Shown in pieces: positions 1 to 9,674 of a stretch of DNA of 64,000 bases. The notes beneath the pieces were generated by a model that made no database searches, was not told the origin of the DNA, and saw only the letters and a program-made list of their open reading frames with translations. The translations under genes were made by a program, and so were the position numbers. Numbering within the stretch: the first letter of the stretch is position 1; every line of letters starts with the position of its first letter. Origin of the DNA: Balamuthia mandrillaris (Eukaryota). The stretch is taken from NCBI GenBank assembly GCA_031835245.2, contig JAVKOQ020000067.1, positions 62,001 to 126,000 of the forward strand, read 5' to 3'.

Positions 1-7
1 TACAACA

Positions 8-36
8 GTTCGAATCCCGGCACCTGCAACGTTTTT
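8..36 (+). tRNA. 3' fragment of a tRNA gene (T-loop, 3' T-stem strand, 3' acceptor strand; Gly-like) followed by an oligo-T Pol III terminator; truncated or disrupted
   Basis: GTTCGAATCCCGG-CACCTGC-A (8-28) contains a B-box/T-loop plus an acceptor strand and discriminator A, followed by TTTTT at 32-36. The bases 5' of the T-loop (AACAG) cannot pair with CCCGG, so the T-stem is broken. Window edge limits the call. Confidence 0.55.
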
Positions 37-85
37 AAAGGTAAAACAAGAAGCAAAAGAAGAGAGACCGAAGCACACAGCAACG

Positions 86-1462
86 ATGTGGGACGCCTCG
101 GCAAAACGACGAAAGCAGCAGGACCAAGATGGAGAAAAAGAGGCTTACCAACAGCAAGAGGGTAGCAAAAAACAAAAACTGGCAGTGTGTAAGGCACGTA
201 CTCTTCCTTTTTTTTTTTCAAGTGACCTGACCTGACCATCTTTTCATTCACTTGGGAAGGACTCGGCTTGTTTGGTGGAAGAACGCATCCCCGACGAAGT
301 GCTGTGCCACATATTGGGCATGTTACCTGAATCCATGGTTGCGATTGCGGCCAGGACCTGCCGCCGCTGGTTTGCTTGCACTTTGCCATCCCTCAGGCTG
401 AAACTCTCTGTTCGGGTGATGTGCAGCAGGTTGGAGCTGTTGCAATGGGCTGTGAGGAATGGATATACCATGGACAAGGCAACCTGTTACTCGTCAGCAG
501 CACAGGGTCAGTTTGAAGTGCTGAAATGGGCACTTGAGAACGGGTGTCCTTGGGACAAGTTCGCTTTCTGGTGGGCAGCACACAGGGGGTACCTAGACAT
601 GGTGAAGTGGTTATTTGCCAACCATTATACTGAGAAGAAGGACATCGAAGTGCACAGCACACACTTGGAAGTGCTTGACTGGGCTCATGAACATGGCTTC
701 CTGTTGAGCCCTGCCTCCTTCTATTCAGCAGCGGAAGGGGGATTGATGGAGGTGATGCTATGGGGATTGGACCATGGCCATGTTTGGGACCCGGAAACGA
801 GCGCCCACGCGGCAAGTGGTGGCCAGCTGGAGATGTTGAAGTGGGCCAGAAAGAAAGGATATCCATGGGATGAGGAAAGTTGCTGGGCAGCTGCAACGTG
901 CGGCCATTTAGAGGTATTGAAATGGTTACGGGAGAACGGCTGCCCTTGGGATAAGAATACTTGCGAGGGAGCGGCTGAGAGTGGGCATTTGGGAGTGTTA
1001 AAATGGGCTCGAGAAAATGGGTGCCCTTGGGACCTTTACACTGGCAACTCAGCAGCCGCGATGGGCCATCTGGAAGTGCTTAAGTGGGCTCATGAACACG
1101 GATGCCCTTGGAATGAGAGGACGTGTGCTGTTGCAGCCTCTCACGGCCACTTGGGATTGCTACAATGGGCAAGAGAGAATGGTTGCCCTTGGGACGAACA
1201 GACGTGCAGCTTAACCGCCCGCTCTGGTCGGCTAAAGGTATTGCAATGGGCGAGAGAGAATGGCTGTCCATGGGACGAGAGCACTTGCGCACAAGCAGCA
1301 GCAACTGGTCAACTGGTCGTGCTGCAATGGGCAAGAGAGAATGGCTGTCCTTGGGATGAACGCACATGCGCTGCGGCAGCCAAGAACGGACATCTGAAAG
1401 TGTTAGAGTGGGCTCGTGAACATGGCTGTCCTGTGCCTGATGATCTTTCTCTTTCAACGTAA
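86..1462 (+). CDS. F-box-like + ankyrin-like repeat protein (WARENGCPWD family)
   Basis: N-terminal IPDEVLCHILGML...ARTCRRW (F-box-like) followed by about 10 tandem 25-aa repeats of the form AAxxGHLEVLKWARENGCPWDExTC. Probable first exon from ATG 86, spliced in phase 0 (donor at 185 or 194, acceptor AG 258-259) to a single large exon 260-1462. Confidence 0.9.
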
Positions 1463-1480
1463 ATAAATAACAACATAATC

Positions 1481-2138
1481 TCAAGAAAGAGGAGAGAAAG
1501 GCCAGAGTCCACGTTTTTCCGATGGCGCAGTGTTGAAATGGTGCCCACGTTCGTCGTGAAGACGACACAGAAACTTGTCCAACGAGGCAAAATAGTCCTC
1601 TTGCCCAAAGAGCTTCAACGATTGTCCCACCTTTCTTAAACGTATGTCATGACCTTTGTAACATTGGTCTGTTTTCAAACGTGTTAGCTAGGAGTAACCA
1701 CACAAAGACCAAAAGAAAGAAAACCTTTATCTGTTGTTTCAATAAACTCGTTTTTCTGAATATCCCACCCCCAGGACCGAACAAGCAGTTCCACTCCGCG
1801 TCTATAACTCGCCATATAAGCTTCGTCCTCCTGCAACTCGGCCACGTCCCCTGCATAAACGGTGTACGCGTAACCGTAACTGCTGTCCAGTTCAATCGGA
1901 AACATCCACCTTTTGTTTGATTTTACAAAAAAATGTTACTCATCTGGTATGGATGGATCAGAACAACGTTATAGGCCGCGCAAGAGATGTACCAATCAAA
2001 ATGGTTATGGTGGAAGGCCCGCCAGTCGTTGTTGCCCGCCCATTCCTCAAAGAGTTGCAGCTGCTCCGCTTGCTTGGCCTTGAGATGCGGCAGCCCCTTG
2101 AACTCCTTCCTTGTGTTTCTTTGTCGTTCTTCTTGCAT
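1481..2138 (-). CDS. Small protein resembling the OGFr N-terminal-like domain
   Basis: Three exons (2138-1993, 1909-1725, 1668-1481) splice in frame at GT-AG sites, giving HHNHFDWWMFP...DIRLRKVGQSLKLFG. This is reminiscent of the HDYIQWLFP...LRITRILKSL motifs of OGFr_N. The family call is tentative. Confidence 0.65.
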
Positions 2139-2198
2139 TCTTCTTTATTGTTTATTTGTTTTTTTTTTTGATTTTTTATTGGTGGACTGTTATAGGCG

Positions 2199-4666
2199 TT
2201 ACAAGGATATCTCTTCTCCTGAGGCATTCCTCAAACAAACCTGGTCGGGAGAAAGTTGCTTGCCTTGCACCTTGGTGATCGCTCCTTTCTTGGAAGGTGT
2301 TCCGCCGGTGCTTGTGTGGTTCGTGCTGTCGCCTCCGTGGATGGAGTTGCTCCCTGTAACGGAGGAGACTGGAAGCTTGTGGGTGGTGATGATCTTCCAC
2401 CAGATGGTGTAGATGGATTTGCTGGTGCCAAAGATGAGGAAGACGAAGATGATATCCTTGCCCCACAAAGTTGAAAGCTGCTATCACCCACCATGGAAAG
2501 CTCACCTAAACGCAAAAAAAAAAAGAAAAAAGAAAAAAGAAAAAGAAAAAGAACAAGAAAAAGAAGTGAACAACAGGAAAGGAAAGGAAAGGAAAATGAT
2601 AAGGAGAGAAAAAAACAAACCTTTGAGTTCAAGCTACACGTCGTGATGGTGCCGTCCAATCCCTCCATGCCCTGTTCCTTCAACCAGCTGTCCACGCCTA
2701 ACTGGGCGTTCCTCCTGTACATGCACGCTGTGAACCTCTCATACTCATCATACTGCTCATTCCTCTTCGCTTCAAAGTCCAGTTGAAAGGCGAACAACAG
2801 AATCGTCACCCAAATGTATAACAACAAAAAGGCAAAGATCCTCCACTGTCCCTTCACGAACTTAAAGCATTCTCTCCATCCGCTCTCCTGCCTCAGCTGA
2901 AAGACAATGACGATGGAAATCAGCACTATTCCTATGAGGACGCACAGAATGACGGGTGCCCAGAAGAGAGCAAAGTTCCATGCGTTGGAGGACTCTCCTG
3001 AGACGGTGATGCCAGAGTTGATGTCTCCTGTGCTGGCTCCCAGCTTCAACGTCAAGTGATTATCCTTGGTAGAAGAATGGATTGTGCACCACAGATCCGA
3101 TCCGTTTGCTCCCAAACGTTCCGCTGACAGAGAGATGATCAAGGGAATAAGAGGTAACACCCACGCGAACAGATGGAAGCTCCACATGAGGATCGTGCCG
3201 ATGCGTTGCTTTTGCACTTCCATATCTATGCCCCCTCGTTGAAAAGTCATCACTAACATGAAGAAGAGATTGAAGGAGATAATAAGCCACCAACAAACAG
3301 CTGCTTGAAAGAAGTACGTGATGAGAATGGCTTGAACGGTGCATGCCCCATCGCCAAAGTAGTTGGGCTCATGTTGGTTGTGACAGATCATTTCGCGATG
3401 ATCCGGCAGAGTAGAGGCCAAGCAAAAGGCCAAGGAGAAGAAGAGAATGGAGATGAAGAAGAAGAGAGGCAAGTGGTTGGGAAACTTGCGTTTGGAGGGA
3501 TCGAGGATGTAGGTCACCACCAAGAAGGCCATGAGGACGAAGGATATCCAGCCCAGGACGCTCATCATGGTGGTGATGGCATGGAATTCGTTATCGTCGA
3601 TGAGTGGTTCAGGACAGATGAATGCACATTCTCCGGATTGCGCATACGTTCCTTCTGGACATGAAACAGGAACGGCATCTTTTTTTTTGACATAAAAACA
3701 AAGGAAGGATGAGCATTACAAACCGAAAAAACAAACAAGGAGGAAGCAAAGAGAAGCATTACACGTAACGTCTAAACTTCCGTTGTAGCACTGTTCTGTG
3801 AAATTGAACGCGACGCCGTTGGGAGCTGTTATCTCGTACACTCCGATGCTCTCTGGCAAGATTTCATATGGACTGTCTCCAAAGAAGTCCGTGTTGGGCA
3901 CATCGCAATTGGTGTACAGCTCTCTGACGGATTCAGGATAGAGAGCCGAACAGAGAGGGACGTGGGCCTCGCATATGGATTTGCAGCCATAACGACCGAT
4001 GATAGCTATATTGCTGAGGCTTTGGTTCAAAGGAGTAGCATCCTTAGGCGCTTCCACTTCCAAGCATTCTCTTTTTAAAAGCAGTAGAACTTATAAGTTG
4101 AATAGAAAAAAGCAAGATAAAACGTAACAAACCTATAGTACATGGGGCAAAAATAACGAGCGGCACCAAGTCTACACGCGGCATCGGGCATACTGTACAT
4201 TAATCTTTCAGGTTTTTGGTTGTTTGTTGTTCGTCATTAGCAAACACCATCACACAAGAAAAGCGAACGACGAAGAAAAGAGAACAACGAAGAGGAGAAC
4301 GATGAAGCGAGATGGAGAGAGAGAGAGAGAGAGAGGAGAGACATATGGTAGCACGAACCTAGCATAAGTGTCTCGAAGGGGCTGATAATGGTCGACATAA
4401 ACACTGTTGTAGCTCAAAAAGTCTTGACAGGGAAACCCCATTTCCAGCTCATCCTTATGCACGCATCGAGCGCCCGGATGGCCAGGGTCCATCAAGTCAG
4501 CAGGTAATGTTGTATCTTGTCGTTTTTGGCGAGAAGGAAGCAGAAGAGAGTCGCGGAAATGAGAGTAAGGATGTTGTTGAGGTTTCGCTGTTGTTGTTTT
4601 CGCGGTAGCTTCGACGAAGCTTGCTGCGATCGCTAAGCAAAGAACAAGTGTCGAAACTGTGTACAT
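2199..4666 (-). CDS. Frizzled/Smoothened-like 7TM GPCR (signal peptide, Cys-rich domain, 7TM); frameshift in last exon
   Basis: Exons 4666-4359, 4204-4133, 4070-3763, 3678-2621, 2505-2199. Features: signal peptide MYTVSTLVLCLAIAA, CRD (CRLGAARYFCPMYYREC...CKSICE), CPEPL linker, KRKFPN after TM1, CTVQAILITYF, WC loop. Frameshift at about 2451-2454. Confidence 0.85.
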
Positions 4667-5073
4667 CAGTGAGTAAAGAGAAAGCAAATGGAGTATGACA
4701 AGAAAGAATGGGTCGTACGAAGAATGATATGAGCGAGAGAACAGCACCGCACGTCTGACTTCATCTTCGGTTTTTGTCACGCTAATTTTTGTCTCTTTTT
4801 CCTCTAACAAGGGAGAAGAAAAGAAAAAAAAAGCTTCTTTGAACTACTATATGAACTGTATTAACGGTGATAAAAGGATAGAAGAAATGAAGCGATTCAT
4901 TAATTACGTACCTTTCCCAAAGATGGTCATTGCAGGAGATGAGCCATCGCGCCGTTTGCCTTTGTTTAAGCGCTTCAACAAAGGAGAACTCCAATTGCAA
5001 TAATTGCCAGGCTGCGAAAGAAGTCAGAAGGAGAGAGATTGTGAAAGAGAGAGGAAAGGGACTCAGAGAGAGA

Positions 5074-5116
<43 letters not shown>

Positions 5117-5256
5117 ATGCGAAAGGAGAACAGGTCAGAGCAGGTTAGAAGAAGGTTTGAGCCGCGAGAGGAAGAGGTAGGTAGTGATACAGAGGTGAAG
5201 ACAAGAACAAACTGTTGAATGCCATAATTCTGGCCTCTCTTCCTCCTTCATTTCAT

Positions 5257-7568
5257 TCAAAGAAGATGCTGACGAACAAACATAGCTTCAGCAGTAAGAT
5301 AATAGTCCACGTTCGCCTTTTTGTGGAAGCCATGACCTTCATCCTTTGCCAGTAGGTACCAAACTGGAACGCCATTTTGACGTATGGCCGCCACAACTTG
5401 TTCTGACTCGTAAACAGGCACTCGCGGATCGTTTAAGCCTTGAGCGATGAGCATGGGTTTGTCAATGCGATGAGCGTTGGTGAGAGGAGAGATGCGAAGC
5501 AAAAACTCGCGCATTTCTGGGATGCGTTCGTCGCCGTATTCCTCTCTGCGGTTGTCGCGTCGGTAGTCTGATGTTTTCTCCAGAAACGTTACAAAGTTGG
5601 AAATGCCCACCTGTTAAAAGCAACAAAACAATTAAATGAAGAGAATAAAAAATATGAAAAATGTGAGTGAGGGCTTACCCTTTCAACGCCAGCTCGAAGC
5701 TTGTCGGAATAATGGATCATAGAGGCAAGTACCATGTATCCTCCATAAGAACCACCGTTCACGAGAATGCGGTTCTCGTCTAACTCTTGTTGTTCTGCGA
5801 TCCAATCGATGAGGCTGCCGATGTCCTTCACCGAATCTTCTCGCTTGTACCAGTTATCCAACAAAAGATAAGTCTTTCCGTAGCCCGAAGACCCTCTCAC
5901 GTTGGGAACTAACACTGCAATTCCCATCTCCAGGCAAAAGTATTGAATCTTCGCTGTAAATGAGGGAAGAGACTGCAACAGCACAAAGAAAAACGTGTAA
6001 GCTGCAGAGAAGCGAAAAGAAATGAGAAGAGCACAAACTTGACTTTCAGGACCACCGTGAATGATGATCATAACAGGATAACGAGAAGAAGTTGTCCCGT
6101 CCTTTTTGGAGGCAGGGGGTTTATAGTAAAAAGCGGGAATCTTTCTTCGTTCTTTCTGTTGCCCTCCATCTTTTTCTATCTCGATATCGTCAAACGTTGG
6201 GTAATGTATCAGACTTGGCATCACAAATGTATCTGTGTTAAGTCCTCCGACTTCGCTGAACGTCCATCGCTCCTGTGTATGTATCCCCGTTTGGAAACAA
6301 AATAACAACAAAAATTACAATAAAGAAGAAAAGAAGACGCACCACAGAAGGATAGTAAACGGGTTCTTCATCATCAAAAGATTCTGGCAGGGATATCAAA
6401 AACACATCAGACGGCGTTTGAGAAGTGTTTATCGTCACTCCCAAATGCTTGCCATCCGGATGGAAACGAAGCGAGCCCAAGATGCCGATGGGAAGTCCAC
6501 CTGCTCGCTTTCTTCTTCCGGAAACGAGGTCCAAAATGTAAATTTGGAAGATGCCACCTTCGTTTGTGGTAAAAGCCAACTTGGTGTGAGTAAAAGGACA
6601 AAAACGGACCGCATTAACGTCCCACTCTATATCCTTGGTTAGAGATTCCTATTCCTGTATGTTAGAAGAAGAAGAAGAAAAAAAAAGGGAAGGGACAAAG
6701 GAGAAAGAAGATAATACCTGACTGGTAAATCGTTTGTTCTCCAAGTCATAGAACCAAAGCTGCTTGAACTCGCTACCCTCATCTGTGGTCAAAAAGATAC
6801 CAGCGCTTCTCATTCCGTCCTCACCGGCCATCCATTTCCCAAAGCACGTACTACCATACGCTATCTTTTCTTCCTCTTCTTTTGAAGACGAAAGAGGAGG
6901 TATGCGTTGCAGTTGTTTGGTTTGAAGGTCGAGTGTCCACAACTGAGACTCGTTAGCGCTGATGTACTTCTTCACCAGCAGACAAGAATCGTCAGGCGAC
7001 CAATCGACCGGATACCAAGAGCCTCCTTCCGATAACACCATTTCCGGTTCAACTGCAGTTGAAGCAAAAGAAGAAGAAAGTGAAGGTAAAGGGCTGATGT
7101 AAATGTCCCAATCCTTGCCATTGCGGCGAGTACTGTAGTATGCGCAGCGGTCTCCTTTGTTTGACCTGTTTTTATTTTATTCGTTTTGTTGTTTATATTA
7201 GCGGGATGAGCTGAGGTTAACAAAAAGAAAAGAAAAGAGATAGAAAGGAAGAATGAAAAGAAAAGAAAAGAAAAGAAAAAGAAAAAGAAAAAGAAAAAGA
7301 AAAAGAAAAACGAAAAGAAAAAAAAAAGAAAAGACAAAAGAAATGAAAAAAGAAATGAAAAGAAAAGAAAAGAAAAGAAAAGAAAAGAAAAGAAAAGAAA
7401 AGAAAAGAAAAGAAAAGAAAAGAAAAGAAAAGAAAAGAAAAGAAAAGAAAAGAAAAGGAAAAGAAAAGAAAAGAAAAGAAAAGAAAAGAAAAGAAAAGAA
7501 AAGAAAAGAAAAAAGAAATGAAAAAAAGAAAAGAAAAGAAAAAGAAGAAGAAAAGAGACAAAGAAAAG

Positions 7569-7599
<31 letters not shown>

Positions 7600-8091
7600 C
7601 AACAAAGAAAAACAACTGACAAACCAAATAGGGAAGCCATTCTTGGAGGTGCCGTCGCTGAGCATGACGTACTCGCCGGTGCTCATGTCAAAGCAATAGT
7701 TCTGGTACTGCTCGGTCCCTCCCACGTCCCTGGCGAACAGGAAGCAGTCCCTGTGCTCGGCCTGGGCGTTGGGGCAGGCGGCCGCCCCGGCCACGGGCTC
7801 CTGGAAGAAGGTCAGCTGCTTGCGGTAGCCTCCGGGCTGCTGCACGTAGTGCACTTGGGTGGTCTCCCCAAAGCGAGTGGTCACCAAAAGGCCTTGGATC
7901 GATGGGGAAGCGGAGGCGAGGTGAAAATCTTCGAGAGAGCAGCTGCGAGTGTTTTGGTACTGTTCCAGGCGTTGGGAGAGGTGAGGAGGGACTTCTTCGG
8001 GCACGCACTCGATGAGGAGGTTGCCGCGTTCCCTTCGGACGACAGCGGGAAGCGAGGAGGAGGGGGTAACGCTGTTGGAGGCTTGTTCCAT
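5257..8091 (-). CDS. S9 family (prolyl oligopeptidase / acylaminoacyl-peptidase-like) serine peptidase
   Basis: Motifs IHGGPESQ, PNVRGSSGYGK, nucleophile elbow GGSYGG, GLNDPRVP (Asp) and DEGHGF (His). N-terminal beta-propeller-like segments (QLTFF, WSPD, FHPDG) are spread over several exons. Confidence 0.92.
7222..7600 (+). repeat. (AAAAG)n microsatellite in intron 1 of the S9 peptidase
   Basis: About 380 bp of near-perfect AAAAG pentamers; this explains the poly-K/R and poly-F/S ORFs in the track. Confidence 0.95.
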
Positions 8092-8430
8092 CTTTGTGGT
8101 TTTCTTTTGATATTACAGATCATGTCGTCCTGATGAAAATTGTCGACAGGAAATGTCTACAAAATAGGATCGGAACATTAATGTCGACTGGAATCGGCGA
8201 TGCGCAGCAGGAATGCCAGCAAGGAGAGGAGATGCACAACAGGAGAGGTCACGGGTGATGGAGGTAGAGTAGCGTCCTTGCAATGCGGCTACTGACGACG
8301 CCTGTTGAGAGGTTACATGAGAGAAAGACGAGTAATTGTGTAAGGAAGTCTTTGTTAACTCTAGTAGCAGCGAATAAAATACAGAAACAAAATCAGGTAG
8401 AGAGATATAAAGAAGAATAAGTAACTGGTC

Positions 8431-8950
8431 ATGATCATCGGCCTTTACGTCAACGATGTCACAATCACCGGCAAGAATGAAGAAGACATCGAGGCAGTGA
8501 AGAAGGTCATAGCAGAAGAGTTCAACATCACCGATCTCGGCCCTGCTAAGTACCTTCTCGGGATGGAAATCACCAGGCAGGAAACATACGGTACGACCAA
8601 TTGCAACCAAGCCCCTACTCCGATGGTCACTGGCGAAAAGCTACTCCCCCGTACCGAAATGAATCCACTAATGGAAGGAAGATTGTCATACCAAGGACTT
8701 ACAACGAAGCCATGCGTAGCCCCAAGCTCAGCAATGGACAGAGCTCTACAACCGAAGGTGCGAGCACGATGAAGGCCAGACCAAAGCTCTTCGGGCGACT
8801 TGATTGACGTACGTGTGCCGCGCCGCTTGGTAATGTAGGCGGCGTAATCCACAGCTTCAGCCCAGAAGCTGAGCGGCATGTGCGCATGGTAGAGCATGCT
8901 CCTTGCCTTATCCAATAGCGTTTTGTTCATCCTTTCGGCTACGCTGTTCC
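8431..8950. mobile_element. Degenerate, rearranged Ty1/copia retrotransposon fragments
   Basis: Plus strand: RT fragment GLYVNDVTITG...FNITDLGPAKYLLGMEI (YVDD->YVND), NCNQAPTPM, and linker IPRTYNEAM. Minus strand: integrase C-terminal half NSVAERMNKTLLDKARSML...FWAEAV...PEELWSG...TFGC. Confidence 0.9.
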
Positions 8951-9114
8951 TCTTAAAGAGAGGAAGTCGTCCTCGGCCCAAACGGGTGTACCGCTTTAGA
9001 ATTTCCATCAACGCTGGTCTTCCTTCGTGCTTAACCATACTATTTGTTATGTCATCAAATGAATGAAGAAATGAAGCTGGAGGAGAAGAAACCTCCCGAG
9101 CGCTGTTAACTCAT

Positions 9115-9320
9115 TAAGGGCACCCATTATCACACGCCCAGATGAATAACCTCCAGCATCTATGGTTAAAAGCAGCGTCGGAGGTGCGTCTATCCCAAGG
9201 ACATCCATTGGCTCTTGCCTATTGAAGCATCTCCAAATGGCCACCTCTTGCCTCAAGAGCGCAAGTACCCTCGTCCTAAGGCCCGTTTCAGCACTGCAAG
9301 ATGGCCACCTATAGCAGCAT
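9115..9320 (-). pseudogene. Ankyrin-repeat (WARENGCPWD family) pseudogene fragment
   Basis: Minus-strand translation gives AAIGGHLAVLK, then ARGGHLEMLQ*ARANGCPWDRRT (TAG at 9219-9221 where Trp is expected), then WACDNGCP after a frameshift. Confidence 0.85.
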
Positions 9321-9530
9321 GTTTTTGTGGCCCTTCCATTCGTTTGATCTCCCAGTTCATCTTTTTCTCCGTTGACAGAAGGTGGATGGTTCTCCCTCCA
9401 CAACTTGCGTTTCTCGTCTCCCATCACGCGCGCTTGTAAACAAAACACAGATAAGAGTAACGTTTAAAAAAAAAAAAGAGAAACGAGTCAACGGGTGTCA
9501 AAAATCGGAAAATTTTCCAAGAAAATTTTT

Positions 9531-9552
9531 TCATGACGACATGATAAATTTT
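9531..9552. promoter_or_regulatory. Quasi-palindromic upstream motif TCATGACGACATGATAAATTTT
   Basis: About 120 bp upstream of the F-box ATG (9675); identical to the reverse complement of 44181-44202. Confidence 0.6.
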
Positions 9553-9569
9553 AGTTTCTTGTAAATCAA

Positions 9570-9658
9570 CAAAAAAAAAGAGTAGCAGGCATTCAGGGCT
9601 TTACAAAAAAAAAAGAGTAGCAGGCATTCAGGGCTTTACAAAAAAAAAAGAGTAGCAG
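9570..9658 (+). repeat. ~35-bp tandem duplication (2.5 copies) upstream of the F-box gene
   Basis: A(9-10)GAGTAGCAGGCATTCAGGGCTTTAC occurs twice, followed by a partial third copy. Confidence 0.9.
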
Positions 9659-9674
9659 TGAACACTTCAAGGGG

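Noticed and set aside
8..31. Retrotransposon primer-binding site on the minus strand
   Set aside because: It lacks the TGG complementary to tRNA CCA and is followed by an oligo-T terminator, which fits a tRNA gene remnant better.
4340..4360. Non-canonical AT-AG intron in GPCR exon 1
   Set aside because: A canonical AG|GTTCGT donor at 4358 gives the correct phase and matches the paralog.
6972..7699. Long poly-K/R and poly-F/S ORFs
   Set aside because: They are translations of an intronic (AAAAG)n microsatellite; the same applies to ORFs at 48353-48781 and 44918-45244.
8431..9038. Intact or active retrotransposon
   Set aside because: Only short fragments are present, the catalytic YVDD is mutated to YVND, there is no gag/protease or paired LTRs, and order and strand are scrambled.
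86..9320. Endogenous giant-virus insertion
   Set aside because: No viral hallmark genes (capsid, packaging ATPase, PolB) are present and neighbouring genes are intron-rich host genes; only the ankyrin family is shared.
9570..9658. CRISPR-like repeat array
   Set aside because: The repeats are directly tandem with no unique spacers, there are no cas genes, and the context is eukaryotic.
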